Assembly (NCBI RefSeq): GCF_009914755.1
Contig: NC_060947.1
Source: the human T2T-CHM13v2.0 reference genome, Homo sapiens
Direction: 5' to 3' (one strand)
DNA: 64,000 bases
Part shown: one piece after another, positions 25,878 through 41,140 of the stretch
Layout of the letters: each line of letters opens with the position of its first letter
How positions within the stretch are numbered: position 1 is the first letter of the stretch
Program-made: the position numbers and the translations under genes
The notes under the pieces: generated by a model
The model's database searches: none
The model's input: only the letters and a program-made list of their open reading frames with translations
Told to the model about the DNA's origin: nothing

Positions 25878-26147
25878 ACAAACTTTCAGTTATGTAGGGT
25901 AAATAAATTCTGAAGATGTACTGTATTATATACTCAAAATTTACTAAAAGAGTGGACCTTAAATATTCTCACAACATTTAAACAACAAATAAAGGTAGCT
26001 ATGTGAGTTGGTGGACATATTAATTAGCTTGATTATGGCAATCATTTTACAATGTATACATACATCAGAAACTCACATTGTATACCATAAATATATATTA
26101 ATAATTTATTTTGTCAGTTATACCTCCATAAAGTTCGAGAATAAAAA
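25878..26147 (+). mobile_element. L1MA/MB 3' end
   Basis: ctaaaagagtggaccttaaatattctcac...attagcttgattatggcaatcattttacaatgtatacatacatca. Confidence 0.85.
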
Positions 26148-26316
26148 GCCATTACTTGGAATGCATTCTGGTGACAAGGGAAATTTAATAAATTCGTGCC
26201 TCTCCTTAGGGATCGGCTTATTTTTACTGACTTGCCATTTGGATTGTGTGACCCTCACACTTGCCATTGGGTTGCGTGTGGCATGAGTAAGGGCAGTGGT
26301 TTCAAAACAATTATAA

Positions 26317-26645
26317 GTTGGGTTCTGTGGTTCATGCCTGTAATCCCAGCACTTTGGGAGGCTGAGGTGAGAGGACTGCTTGAGACCAGGAGTTCAAGAC
26401 CAGCCTGGGGCAACAAAAGGAGACCCACATGTCTATAAAAATAAGTTAATTGGCTGGGTGTGGTGGTGCACACCTGTAGTCTCAGCTACTCAGGGAGGCT
26501 GAGGTAGGAGGATTGCTTGAGCCCAGGAGTTGGAGGCTGCAGTGAGCCACGATCACACCATTGCACACTACTCACTCTGAGGTGACAGACAGAGTGAGAC
26601 CTCATCTCTAAAACCACACACACACACATACACACACACACACAA
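26317..26645 (+). mobile_element. AluJ-type SINE with a (CA)n-converted tail
   Basis: Dimeric Alu with AluJ diagnostics (ggaggattgcttgagcccaggagttggaggctgcagtgagc), followed by (CA)n. Confidence 0.93.
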
Positions 26646-26759
26646 AATGATGATAATGTACTTCTTATAACCACCAAATTATAATGGACTTCCAGAAAGG
26701 TGAGGGAGCTTTGTTCCTGCTACATGATTGGAGTTTTCCCTTTTGGAAAACCTGTCCTA

Positions 26760-26935
26760 TGGAGTATGGTGGTGCCCAAAGCCTAGAGCTCAAAGCCAGA
26801 CACCTGGGCAGAGGTCCTTGAGCTGCATGACATTGTCTCCAAAACTCAGTTATCTGACCTATGAAATGAGAACAAGAAAAACTACTTCTCTGTATTATTG
26901 AGTGGATTAAATATGGTAACATAAATGAAACAGTG
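26760..26935 (+). mobile_element. MIR SINE
   Basis: aaagccagacacctgggc...ctcagttatctgacctatgaaatgag...ggattaaat. Confidence 0.7.
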
Positions 26936-29329
26936 AATTCTAACCCCCAAATACATACAAGCTCCTATTGGATTGTTATTGTGACTCTTCTTGTTATTCA
27001 GAAATTCCAAATATTTTCAAAGGGTCACTTTGAATTCCATATTTCGACCCTTCACAGACTCTCTATCTGATTTGGCCAAGGAGTTTAGATTGCCCCTGTG
27101 ATTTTCTTGAATATTAAATATGTAAGCTCCTTTCATGTCTTTAATAGAGTAGTTTTTTTTTTTTTCATTTTTGACCACTCCATAGTTCATAAGGCACATT
27201 GCAGCTTTTCAAATTGTCAAATTTGTTTAATTAGCCCAGAGACCCTGCCCGGTTGGTTTTTGTCAGCTGTATAGCAGTCTCTGTGGGTGGCTTGCAAATC
27301 TCTGACCAGGGTTTTTTTTTTTTTTAAATCATTTTGCACATTTCTTTCCTTCTTTAATACAAATCAAGGAGAGACTAGATGAGCAGGAGGCAGTGGTGGG
27401 GGTGGGAGTAGGAAGGCAACGTGCTGTGGCACTGGTTGCCAACTGGCTTTTGGACAAGAGTTACAAATTGATTACAAGTAACAGTTGGAATCCCAGGCCT
27501 GAGAGATCCAGGTTTGTGAGTGTGTTGCGGGTGGGGTAGAGTTCTCCTTGAGCTATTTATTTACTTCAAGACCAATGTTTCATTTGCACACTGAAACCTT
27601 CCTAGGTAAGGGTTTGACATTGTTCCCTTTGAATCTTCTATTTGGTGCTTTGCTAAATTTATAGCCAGGAGTAAACGTATTGATCTGGTTACCCAAAAAG
27701 ATGTTTTAGGCCAAAAAAAAGGTAGAGGTTTAAAGAGGATTTAGAGACATCCACTGGCAGTGGATTCTCAGAGGGTTATTAGGGAAGCTTGCAAGGGGCG
27801 GGGGGTGGGGGTAATTGGAATGCACCCCTTCCTTATGGTGAGTAAATGTTTTGAAGTACAAATGTGGATGCCCTAAAAGATGTCAATGGGAAACTATCAA
27901 TAAAAGAAACTTTTATAATAGTCTTCTTGTGTGATTGTTACCTTTTAATTAAAAAAAAAAAGACTTGGTAGTGAAATCCAATAATCAGATTGGATTGATG
28001 TTTAACAAATACTTAGTATAAAATATCAGATATGAATCAATAGCTACTTGTAGCTTATGCTGGCAAGTGGCTGTTTATATCAAGGCAGAGAGGGACCTGC
28101 TTTCCTGGGTTTAAAATAGAATTGAAGCTTTATAGCGTGCCTGTGGGGCCACATTTTTGTACATACCACTGGCCCCCAGTGTTCATATTGAGTTTAGAAA
28201 GTTCTCCTTCTTCATCAGTCAAATATCCTTTTAGAAAAAGATATGCCTCTCACTTGTGCTGTGATTTTGCCACTGTTAATATGGAATACAGATGCTATTT
28301 ATTTTCCGTTATTTGGGGAATTGTAGAGAAAAACGAATCTGGGGAGAGGAGTGACTGTCCAGGCATTCAGAAATACTCAACCTATTAGGGGCTTGGAATA
28401 CTTGGAGGGGGCTTTCTGAATCAATTTCACTGTGACTTAGTAGTGGTTTTGATGTTGTTAAATTCAGACTACTGCAAGGAATTTGATACCTCTGTTGGTT
28501 TATTTTTATTTTTATTGAGGGGTATCTGTGGATGGGGGGCGGGAGAGAGGGCCTGGTGTTCAGTAGTTAGACTGACATCTTGTGATAGATTTGTTAGTTA
28601 ATTTCATGTGAATGGGACAAACCAGTTCTCTTTCCTGCCCCTGGCACTGTGATTCTAAGATTGAAATAGCTGTTTCAGAGGAAAGACAATTCCATGCAAA
28701 TCATATTGGATGGAGTTTCAGCTGTATTAGCGGCCTGGTACCTTATTTTTACTGACCTCAGGAATAATGAGAGACCAAAGCTATAGCCAAGTTCTTAACT
28801 GGAGGCTTCTTTCCACGAAAATAGATATTACTTCTTTATTCCCCAGCAATTGAGCCTTTGTCCCTTCTAAAAGTAGTTGTCATGAACTCCTCATTACCAT
28901 TTTTCTTAACGTGATAAGTGTAAACTACAAGAAAGCTATCATGTTTGAAAAGCTACAGCAGCCCTTAGAAATGGAATACTAACATGCCTTGTGTACTTCT
29001 TTGAAAGGACTTAGACTGAGGATTGTGTGAAATGTATCCTTCTGCCCCCCTTTGCCTGGAGTTGTCATTCTCTAGTACCTTTCACTTATAGCATAAGCTG
29101 GCTTTCTAAAGGACTGCTGTGTTGTTGCATTGACACCGTATCTCTCCAACAATGTGAAATCAACAAATCCCTTTGGCAATTTCTGAAACATATAACAAAT
29201 TGTGCATTATTCTCTAAAAAAAATCAACTTTGATGGGCTTATTTTATTTCTACTTCGAATGGTAACTGGTAATTGTTATTACCTTACTCTCATTCCAATT
29301 ATCAATACTCTAGCTACAGAGAGTACCAC

Positions 29330-29420
29330 CAGACCCTGTACCGGGACCTAGTCTAGCCTCCTGGCTGTCAGATACCTTGCAAGGAGTAGACACTCAATAA
29401 ATGTTTTCTGAATGAATGAA
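29330..29420 (+). mobile_element. L2 3' end
   Basis: gtagacactcaataaatgttttctgaatgaatgaa. Confidence 0.6.
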
Positions 29421-32001
29421 ATTAAATATAGATTATTAGAAATGCTGCTGGAGGAGAAGCCAATGAAAGTGTGTGAGTTTTATCAAGTTGGTTTGCCTGA
29501 GCTGGTGCTAAAGGAGCAAATTGGAAGGTAACCATTAAGAAACATCTCATGCTGTGAGGATATAGCATGTCATTCCATCTTTTGAAGTGACTGTGAAAGG
29601 AAAAAAAAAAACATGGCTGTAGTATTATGAAAGCCTCGCGAATTATCTCAAATCAGTATATTTTAAGTGATGGTCATTGGATGTAGTTGACGGCAAAATA
29701 ATTTGAAACAGAAGAGCTGGAAATTCAACATTGCAATTAAAAATCACTTTTGAAAAGAGTTACAATGATCTGATGTCAAAATTAGCTTAAGAATGTAAGA
29801 AACAATTTCAAGGGTTAGAAATGTTAAGAACTGGCCCTGAAGAAACCCCAGAATCCTCACATACCTGAACTGGACCACTTAGAAAAAGCCCTCTACCTTG
29901 ATTCCCTTTTTGATACTGCTCTTTGCAGAACACTTTCTCAGTGGCCAGTTCTTACATTTCTAAGCTTTGATATTGTGTTAATTTTGCCTGTACCAAACAA
30001 GGCAAACAATTCAGTGTTGTTCAATCTGATAACATTTCCTAGTGGGGTGTTCAGTCTTCTATTCTGACTGGTTCAACCTAATTTAGACAAAGACAAAGGT
30101 CTTAATAAAGATTAAAATTTACAAGGCAATCGTGTTTAGGGAATCAAATACCATTAGTTGGATGGGCCGTGGCCTGAGGTTGCTGCTGCTGAAACCTTTT
30201 GCTGAACTAAAAAGGTCTGGTTGAATTCTGCCCAGTATATCACTATAGTGTTCTGTTCCCTTGTATTTACCTTTGGAGACCTTTCTTTGCAGTGTTTGAA
30301 TGTAGAATGCCCGAGGAGTAACTGGGCCAAAAAAAGTTGCATGAATAGGCCCTGCACATGGTCATATATGTTCCTGTTGTATTCAGTGGGTGAAATGGAA
30401 TTGATTGCATCTGGCAATGGCAAGAAGATGGCTTGATTGATTGCCTGATTGAGTACACAGTGGAGATTCAGAATACTGATCACTATACTTCCCAATTGTA
30501 CATTATAATTAGGGCTCTTTTTCAATGGAACCCTGGTTTGGGGGCTGCCAGGATGAAGGCAGCCAATGTGAGCTGAACTTTTTGCATGTACAGATTCTCC
30601 TCCTGGATCCGAAGGAGAATATTTCCAGATTCCCTTAAACAACTGCCAGCACTAAAGAGTTTGAATACAGAATTCCATTATTTATTTGAAGAAACATCGC
30701 CAGGGTTTTTATACCATGCCATTTAAATCATAAGTTAGTGTTAGAAACTTTTAAAAGAATTGCATTTTGCATTGACCCATTGTTATGCCATGGCCAAGAA
30801 GTTATGTTTAATGTAACCGTTGATTTTACACTTCCTCTCTATGAGCACTTGCATGGAATTCAGAGGAGCAATCTCAGGAGACTGTCTTAACAGCATTCCA
30901 AATAGAAGAATATTCATTCAATTGAATGGAACAGAGTTTTGACCACTAGAAAAGCTTGGCAGGAATGGCTAGTGATCAAGCCTAGGAAAGTCTATGGTTC
31001 CACTGTTGTTAGATTTTCTAAGAGTTCAGCAAACAATCAGACAAATTGGGCTGTTAGCTGTCTCACTGTGAGACAATAGGCTCCCCTCAGCATGTTTCCC
31101 CCACCCCATCCCTGGGAGAATGACAAATTTCCTTAGTCAATTTAGTCAGCCGTGTTTATATGTCATGCAAAACAACTGCTCCAGATTCAGTTTTGCATCT
31201 TCTCATATATATCTTTGACTTTACAGAAGTAAAGTGTATGATTATCTGATTAGGTAAAGCAGTACAGATGATTCACAACACCCACTCCGCCACCTTTTAG
31301 GAATCCCTTTTCACTGCTCTAGGCAGAGGACATTTCGCCTTCAGAGATGAACTGCTCACTGCCTTCTAAGACAGTAGGCTCCATGATTGGAAACCTCAAA
31401 TGATTGGAAATTCTTTAGTAGTTTGAGCTAAAATTGGTCCCCTGATAACTTTACCCATACAGCCAGTCCTAAACTCTTGGTCCACAAAGCAGGTCTCAAA
31501 TCTCTTTCATGTGAAAGACTTTCATGGATTTAAAGACACTCCTCACTCTCCCTTTTCTGTGGACTAAACTTTCCCTGTTTCTTTAATGTCTATGTATACA
31601 TGAGATGAGCTTTCCAAGCTCTTACCATTCAGATAGCTGTCCCTTAGAGGTATTGCAGTATTCCCATGCCCCCACTGAGATGGGACATCCAGGAGAGCAC
31701 TCTGAGAGGGCCCTGAGAGGAAAAAGATCAGTAGTTCTTCCCACATGCCCTACTTCCCTCTAAGGGAATTTCGTTTGGAACAGCCAAGCTCCCTGACCCT
31801 GAGCAAAGGGCCCCTGTCCTTCCGAAGCCTGCCTGAGGGGGCCTAGTAGGAGAAACAGGTAAGTTCCTGTGTCTGTAGAGGCTGCACAGCAGCCTGGCTA
31901 CATTCTGGCACACCACACTGGGAGCAGCAGCCTGTGCAGATCACATCCAGCCCCCTGAATCCTTTTACAAATGGCTGTGTGGCTCCCTCCATGGGCCCAT
32001 C

Positions 32002-33092
32002 TATTGGGGGAACCTGCCCCCAATAATTCATCATTATTTCACATAGGTTCTTTTCTATTTCCGTAAGTGTCGGCCTGTCTGAGAAATAAAGGGAAAGAGT
32101 ACAAAGAGAGAAGTTTTTAAAGCTGGGTGTCTGGGGCAGACATCACATGTCGGCAGGTTCCGTGATGCCCCCCAAACTGCAAAACCAGCAAGTTTTTATT
32201 AGTTATTTTCAAAAGAGGAGGGAGTGTACAAATAGGGTGTGGGTCACAGAGATCACATGCTTCACAAGGTAATAAAATGTCACAAGGCAAATGGAGGCAG
32301 GGCGAGATCACAGGACCAGGGTGAAATTAAAATTACTATGAAGTTTCGGGCATGCATTGTCATTGATAACATCTTATCAGGTGACAGGGTTTGAGAGCAG
32401 ACAACTGGTCTGACCAAAATTTATTAAGCGGGAATTTCCTCATCCTAATAAGCCTGGGAGCGCTATGGGAGACCCGGGCTTATTTCATTCCTTATCTACA
32501 ACTGTAAAAAAAAAAGACAGACTTTCCCAAAGAGGCCATTTTAGAGGCCTCCCCTTGGGAATGCATTCTCCTTCTCAGGGATGTTCCTTGCTGAGAAAAA
32601 GAATTCAGTGATATTTTCCTATTTGCTTTTGAAAGAAGAGAAATATGGCTCTGTTGCACCCGGCCCACAGGTGGCCAGACTTTAAGGTTATCTCCCTTGT
32701 TCCTTGAACATCGCTGTTATCCTGTTCTTTTTTCAAGGTGCCCAGATTTCATATTGTTCAAACACACATGCTCTACAAACAATTTGCTCAGTTAACGCAA
32801 TCATCACAGGGTCCTGAGGCGACATTCATCCTCAGCTTACGAAGATGACAGGATTAAGAGATTAAAGTAAAGACAGGCATAGGAAATCACAAGAGTATTG
32901 ATTGGGGAAGTGATAAATGTCCATTAAATCTTCACAATTTACGTTCAGAGACTGCAGTAAAGACAGGCATAAGAAATTATAAAAGTATTAATTTGGGGAA
33001 CTAATAAATGTCCATGAAATCTTCACAATTTATGTTCTTCTGCCATGGCTTCAGCTGGTCCCTCCATTTGGGGTCCCTGACTTCCCACAACA
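32002..33092 (-). mobile_element. MER11 solo LTR (ERVK/HERV-K11 family), 1091 bp
   Basis: The reverse complement begins TGTTGTGGGAAGTCAGGGACCCC and ends GGGGCAGGTTCCCCCAATA. It has MER11 internal tandem blocks and a perfect 6-bp TSD cccatc (31996-32001, 33093-33098). Confidence 0.93.
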
Positions 33093-33477
33093 CCCATCTT
33101 AACCCTACTCCTGCTATTGTTGTCCATTTCCTATTAACACCCCCACTGCTGCTGCAGATAAGGGTGCTAATGCCCTGCCTGGCTTTGCTCTCCTATCAGG
33201 GAGGAGCAGAGCATCCTACAGGCTGGTTAGCAATTGATAGCAGATTGAAGGTCAAGGAAGGATTTGTTTGCTGTTCTCCTGAACCCTAGCCCCAGGGCAG
33301 CCCTTTCTAGGCATCCTAAGGGCACTTGCGCCTTATTCCCTTGCATCCTGGTGCTTAGCTGCTTCATTCCCCCTTTTCTGGCTCCTCACAGAACTGTCAG
33401 GAACCATGGATACAAAGGGTCTAAATCATTCATTCAAACAAATTAGGTTTTTCTGGTAAGTCATTAACACCTCCTCT

Positions 33478-33505
33478 ATACACACACACATACACACACA
33501 CACAT
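33478..33505. repeat. (CA)n microsatellite (imperfect)
   Basis: Read directly from the sequence. Confidence 0.9.
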
Positions 33506-33714
33506 ATGTGTTTTTGTAAATGCATAAGGACCTTTAGATAAAGAAACAGATTCAGCAGTCTAATAACAAGACCTCACTCACATAAATGTTTTCAGGTTTA
33601 ATTTAGTTTTGGTGACGGAAAGATGCTGATGTTTCTTCATCCTTAGTCTGTGGTGATTTGTAAAGCTACTCAGTAGGATACCTTTTGGGAGTACACTATC
33701 TGTAAAGCAAAACT

Positions 33715-33791
33715 AAAAAATAAAAGAAGAAAGGAAAAGAAAAACTGAAGGAAGGAAGGAGGGAGGAAGGAAGGAAGCAAGGAAGGGAGGG
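33715..33791. repeat. Polypurine (GGAA)n/A-rich low-complexity tract
   Basis: aaaagaagaaaggaaaagaaaaactgaaggaaggaaggagggaggaaggaaggaag. Confidence 0.85.
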
Positions 33792-34169
33792 CCCCTCCAA
33801 TGGAAGTCAGACACCAAGGTTAGTTACCATGACTCAGTTACCATGACTTGTGAGTCATTTACTTCTGATTTCCTGTGAAAATATTGATAAACTTGAACCC
33901 GATTTTGCAGATGTATTCTTCTATTCAACCATATTTTTATTTGAGCCACTCAGCTATTCACGCTTATTCTTAATCACAAGAATTTGTGAATACTTCCAAA
34001 ATTGCATTTATTACGTTCTTGGTATTTTAGTAGAGGGAAGGGAGAAAGGTGTATGCAAGCTCCATCTTGAGCCTTGGGCAGATCCCAAGCTGCCTGGTTG
34101 CTAAGCCAAGGCATGCAGGCTCATACTGACAATGCCATAGCCATACCTGTGGGGCTGGTAGCAATGAGC

Positions 34170-34450
34170 TTTGAATGCGTACAACACTATATGGTTTACA
34201 AAGCCCTTACACAATTATTCATTTGCTTCCCCTTATGCCAAGCCTGTGAGGTAGGCAGAACAGGTAGAATCAGAGATGAACGGTATTGCTAACTGGGAGA
34301 ACTAGAAGCCATCCAAGTCAAAGCCCACATGTTGTAAGCAGGAAAGCTGAGGCCCAGAATGGACAAGCAACTTGACCAGGGCCACCCACATAGCTTTTGG
34401 CAGAGCTAGGCTTGAGTTAAGTTCTCCCTATCTTAATACTTAGTCCATGT
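34170..34450 (-). mobile_element. MIR fragments
   Basis: ggaaagctgaggcccagaatggacaagcaacttgaccagggccac...tggcagagctagg. Confidence 0.7.
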
Positions 34451-34908
34451 TGCTTTTGGGGCTCTCTCTGACTATAACAACAACAATGAAATATGTGAAC
34501 TATCATCATCATTTGCATTCATTAAGGTGGTCATTTGAAAAATCGCCCTAATCATCTCTTCAGTTTGAGCTCTTTTACAGTAAGTACCTTAATATTTATG
34601 CTTAACCTAAACACACTATTTGAGCAGCTACTATGTGCCAAGTATAATGGTAGCCTGTAAAAGGGATACACACACACACTCGCACACACATAAACACACA
34701 TGTGTGTTCAAAAACACTGCTCCTCTCACTTCAACTATTGAAGCCTTTTCCAAATGCCTAGCACAGTGACTTTCCCCACCACCTTATTCTCTGCACCTTT
34801 GCTCATTCCCCTCTCAAGGTGATTCGCATGTCAGGCAGTGAACGCTTCAAAAAGAGGTCCTTGACTTTATCATTTCCATGTCCTAGTGACTGGCTTATAA
34901 TGGCTACA

Positions 34909-35340
<432 letters not shown>

Positions 35341-36074
35341 GTACAAAAAGACCAACCAATTACTTACTACACACTAGGCAGGAGAGATACAAAGGTGAAT
35401 AAGGTGAGGCTTGTGACAACATACTAGTTACTTGAGATAACAGCTATTCAGGTAGCTGTGTGTTAGATGAGTACAGGATCCATTTGAGATTAGCAAAGCC
35501 TGGAACACAGACTGTCTTCTGTCCTTCAGCCTGTGGCATACCCAGCTTTCGTGTCTAAATTGGGCAAAGCAAGGATACCTGCAAGTGGTTTTGGATTTGT
35601 TTTGAGTCCTAGCCATGAGCTATTGTTTGGATAATATGGTGGAAAATTGAGCCTTTTGTGATTTTGTGGGGTTTGACTTTGGAGTCTTCATATCACATTA
35701 ATATAAGTGTCTTCCTATTATTAGAAGTTATGTAGAATGCTCTATCACTTATGAAATCCATTCTTTGCCAAATACTAAAAGATAAAACAGTATTCCTTAG
35801 TCTTTTCTTCATTATCCATGTTAGTCAGTCTTACAGAGGGAGACATATTTGTTATAGTGGAAAGTGTGCACTCTTGTACCAGTAATCAAACTTCACTTGC
35901 TACTAAATGTAAGGCTGTGTATAAGTGACCTCACCTCTTGGAACCCCCATTACCTCAGTTGCCCGTTGGGAATATGAATCCCTGCTTTCTGTCTCTCTCT
36001 GTCTCTCTCTCAAAGGATCAAAGGATCCCAAACATAAAGCAGTGCTTCCTTGTGGAAGTTCAGACCAGTCTCAG

Positions 36075-36075
<1 letters not shown>

Positions 36076-36112
<37 letters not shown>
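36076..36112. repeat. (TG)n microsatellite, about 18 units
   Basis: Read directly from the sequence. Confidence 0.98.
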
Positions 36113-36116
<4 letters not shown>

Positions 36117-36929
36117 AACTTATTTTTGTTAAAAGAGAAGTGATTCTTGGTGTTGTGTACAGGTACTCATCATTGGATCCTGTTATAAAGCTGTGGCAAC
36201 ATTTTGGGAGCAGGGGCTCATCCCTACCTGATGACTGGGTGAAGGATTAGTAAAGTTGGGTAAGAATGCATAGGTGTCTTATCTTAGGAATAGCAAGAAC
36301 ATAAACTAGATTAATATCCTTCAAGTGTTAATGAAAAGGATAACAATGGAATATCTGCTGTGAGTGTGCCACACTTTACAAGTCTAATTCATTTTGAGAA
36401 GTGAAAGAGCTTGCTTGCTCCAAAGTCCTTTGAGGAAGATATTCTTTCAGGAAATTATATTCCTTTCAACTACATCCTGCCTACTGTAATCAAATGCATC
36501 AGTGGTAACATGGACTCAGTGTGCTGTTTCATGAAATTTCACATTTTCAAATACAGTTTGAAATCAGTTGTAATTGAAAATGTAGAAGTTTGTGCAGTTC
36601 CATGTGGATTAGCTAACAGGGCAGTGCACTCCACTGGTAATTCAAGATAATCAGATTCTGCCTCCGAGTAAATACAGAAAACCTAGGGGAAAAGGTACAC
36701 TTTTGAGAAGTGACTTTATTCTTCCCGGTGTCTGAAACACCTTTTAATAAACCCAGAGGCACACCTCTAAAATCAGTGGTGAAAGGGGATAAAACTAAGC
36801 CTCTAATCAATTTAGGCATACCCAGTAGTTGCTGAAAACAGACAACACTCCTTTTTCTGGAAGAGACTTACCTGCTGTTTTATTGACTCTGGCTAAATAT
36901 GAACTATATTTTATTTATTTTGAGAAAAA

Positions 36930-37515
<586 letters not shown>

Positions 37516-38779
37516 AGCTATATATTTTAAATGATCTGACTATTTTGGAGACCAGTCTTAATCAGGAAAAACCATCTAAATTGTAAAAGAGATCACTGAG
37601 TATTTTTAAAACTCAGAGTAATTAGAATTACTGTTGTCACATATATTTACTTTGCAGCCAGTTTTGATGAATACATGAGTAGGATTTGTCATGAATGTTA
37701 TCAACTGGATACAAATGCACAACTCAAAAACACTTGGAAGTAGTCTATCTCTTAAGTAGGTTAAGCATCTCCTCTAAATTGTGTATGCATTTTTAATGTA
37801 GTTACCTCCTCCTTTTTAAATAGTGCTAGGTAAAATTCAATCTTTGTCAGAATAATACTTACAAATTCTGCTTCAGCAGTGCCACTGTGAATGAATCTGT
37901 GAAGTATCTCCTTGCATTACAGCTCTTCATACATCAAAGACTCTTTTTGAACTGAGTAATTATAGAAGGAAAAAAACCTTGTTTTAGTGCTACCTGAGAG
38001 TTCTTATTAATATTACCTTTGAAATGACTAATTATGTTACTTATAAAGACTGGAAAAAAACAAGTATTATGTAACTTACTCATTAAAAAAGACTTTCATA
38101 AATTTTGATCCCCTCCATCCTTCCCCAAATCCCTACTTTATTTCTATCATGACTTTTTTTTTAATGCTTAATGGTTCTATATGAAAATGATGACTCCAAC
38201 ACATGCTGACTCCCTCCTGCTTCACAAAACTTATCATCTTTCTGTTGCTGGGATTTTGAGCATGTGATTCAATTATCCTTGCTCTTAGCGTAAAGCATGT
38301 TGGCCACATGCCCTAAGACTCAAGTAAGATTTGAACAGCACCTCTTTCAAACTGAGTATTTGAAAGAGCTGAGAGGGTGTCCCTGCTGATAACACAGGGT
38401 GGGAGCCTAAGGGGCTTTTCCTGTTTTGAGACTTGAACTCACAGATACACTGTCTATGTGTATGGCTGTGTGGAACCGAGCTACCAATCACATAGTAACC
38501 TTCTCTATGAATGAGAAAGAATTCCCCTCAGCGGCTTCATCTTTGCATGGAAAAACCCACAGTATGTGCATCATGGGTCACTAACTGTTGGGCTGTATCA
38601 AGAGAAGATGAGTATCAGAAGGCAGCGACAGTACTGTCCTCCCTTGAGCTGACAGATCACACCTGGAACAGGATACCATGAGTTACAAGAGCCCCAGGCA
38701 ATCTGGAGTTCCTCCTGGAAGCACCAACAATAGTGACAGTGTACAGAAATTGAGCATTAGAAGAAAAGTTGAAGGTTCC

Positions 38780-39070
38780 CAATAAATGAATGAACAAGCT
38801 GAGAATGTCTCAGCCTGGAGAAGAGACGATGCCAGGGGATAGGATTACTATCTTCCAACAACTGAAGGCTTGTCATTCAAAAGAAGGAGAAGATGCATTC
38901 TGTGCAGCTCCAAAGTACAGTCTATAAGTAGAAGTTCCTGGGGGACAAGTTTTTAACTCACAAAAAAGGAAGAATAGCCTGATGATGCTGTCTCAACATG
39001 GAGCAGGCTACTTCAAGCAGTAGCAAGCTCCCTGTCACTGGCAGTTTGCAAGCATCTGCTGGATGGTCCA
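38780..39070 (+). mobile_element. L3/CR1 LINE fossil (3' region)
   Basis: cagcctggagaagagacg...tcttccaacaactgaaggcttgtca...gctccctgtcactggcagtttgcaagc are L3 motifs. Confidence 0.75.
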
Positions 39071-39204
39071 AATGACTTTAAATTCACCTTAAGTATTAGG
39101 TCAGTTAAGTTAGTATTTATAAAGGACCTACACTGTTTAGTGCTAAGAAAGGGCTTGATTTTTTAATTGCCCTGAAATAAAGTTTCTTTATTTTTCCTCA
39201 TTAG

Positions 39205-39423
<219 letters not shown>

Positions 39424-39879
39424 TAGCAATATAAAAATAATTTTTATTGAAAGTGAGTCTTTAAAACAAAATACACACAGATACCGGCATGCGTGTCTTA
39501 CTCCATAGGGTGTTGCCACTGTCCAAGTCGCTGTGCCTAGAACAGATGAGACAGAGATTGAATAACTCGTCCCTTAAGAAATATCAAATAGATGATGGAA
39601 CAGCAACGTTCAAGATTTTAAAGTTACAAAACCTGTACTCTTTAATGAACTGATTTTCATTTTTATCACCTTCCAGTTCTTGCTCACAAGCAGACAGATC
39701 TTTACAAAACACCACATCACACTGACAGAGCTTTATCTTCTACAGTTCTATTGTCAAATGTTTAATATTATTTTTATTTACCTTCTCTCAGCAAGAGTTG
39801 CTTTATTGCCATCACTTTTTAAAATGTCTAGACATGGCTATTCTAACATACTTTAAAAATATATATAATGTCTTCCTTT

Positions 39880-40400
39880 CTTCCTCCATTCCTTTCTTCC
39901 TTCCATCCATTTATTCAGAAATCATTTACTGAGAAGATACAGTGGGCTTAAAGGTAGGGGTGAAGAAAAACCGTCTACATGCTATCACATAGATCACAAA
40001 ACAATGTAGTAAATGTCTTCATAGAGAAGACAAGACTCAGAGTCGTATCTAACACTCCCCTGGGGAGTTGAGGAAGTGCTCACCACTGAGGTGGAAACAT
40101 TTAGGGGATGATTAAGACTCTGACAGGTGAAGAAGGGGCCAAGAGAAGAATACCGCATGCATAAGACTAGTGTGAGCAAGGTCATGAGAGATGAGGGATC
40201 ATGCTGTAGTGCATGGTGATATAAGGTCTCAAGTGGCAGGATTAAAGTTTGTGTGATGGGGAGTGGAAAGAGAGGAAACCTGGGCAAATAGGTGCATATT
40301 TGGAAAACGCCTTGGATACCACCTCAAGGAGTTTGGACTTTATTTGTAGAAGGAGAAACACCCAAAGGAGAAACCCTTAGATTTTAGGGTCATGATTTTG
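39880..40400 (-). mobile_element. L2 fossil
   Basis: catccatttattcagaaatcatttactgag...ccttggataccacctcaaggagtttggactttatt. Confidence 0.7.
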
Positions 40401-40929
40401 AAAGTAACACTGATCTAAACTTTGCTTAATGATCTTCCTTCACCTATGAAAGAGGTCAGAACTAAACGAACAGCTAATCTCACTGTCCCAGTATGGGTGT
40501 GTGCTATTCCTTTTTGCATTCACACCCACCCTTTTTAGGCTTCTGTTCTCCTTCCCCCTGGCATCTCCAGCAAAGGGAGTTATCCATCCAGTTCAGGTCC
40601 AACACTTGTACAGCAATTGCAGTGTTTTCAGGTGGGTTCTCCAATTTTGAAGATAATTTGTGCAAGTTGCAATTTTGACATTTGCAAGTGTATACAATAG
40701 AACTGTTGTTTAAATGGGCTTTTATAGTTAAGTGCACACTTTGAAATCAGGCACAGTTTGCATTTTCTGCCAATTATCTGTGCTACCATCAACCCCATGA
40801 CAAAGGTAGAAGCAAGTGGACTAAAATGGTGAAAGCAAGAAGTCTACACACCCACTCCTGTCTCATTTGATTCCTGCCAAAACGTTGGTTTGAAAGAAAA
40901 GTACACTTTAAATAACAACCAACACATAC

Positions 40930-41140
40930 AATGGCACCATGTGCCTCACGTCATTCTAAGCACTTAATATATAGTAAATAATTTAATCCCCACTACAACC
41001 CAAAGAGATTGGTAATTTTACTACCCCAGTTTACAGAGGAGGAAACATGGTAGTTAAGTAATGTGCTCAGGATTATCCAGTTAATAAATAAGGGAACCAG
41101 TACTTAGATCCAGGTGTTCCTGGCACCAGCGGTCATACTG
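40930..41140 (-). mobile_element. MIR SINE
   Basis: ccccagtttacagaggaggaaac...gttaagtaatgtgctcagg. Confidence 0.75.

Noticed and set aside
30154-30642. Longest ORF in the track (162 aa, minus strand)
   Set aside because: Non-ATG start, no recognisable domain and no splice context. This length is expected occasionally by chance in 64 kb across six frames.
32850-33035. Repeat-spacer-like direct repeats (CRISPR-like look)
   Set aside because: These are the internal tandem blocks of the MER11 LTR in eukaryotic DNA, not a CRISPR array.
33822-33848. Short tandem duplications (agttaccatgact x2; also about 25205-25231, 31383-31410 and 50202-50231)
   Set aside because: 11-17-bp slippage duplications are common, and none has supporting context.
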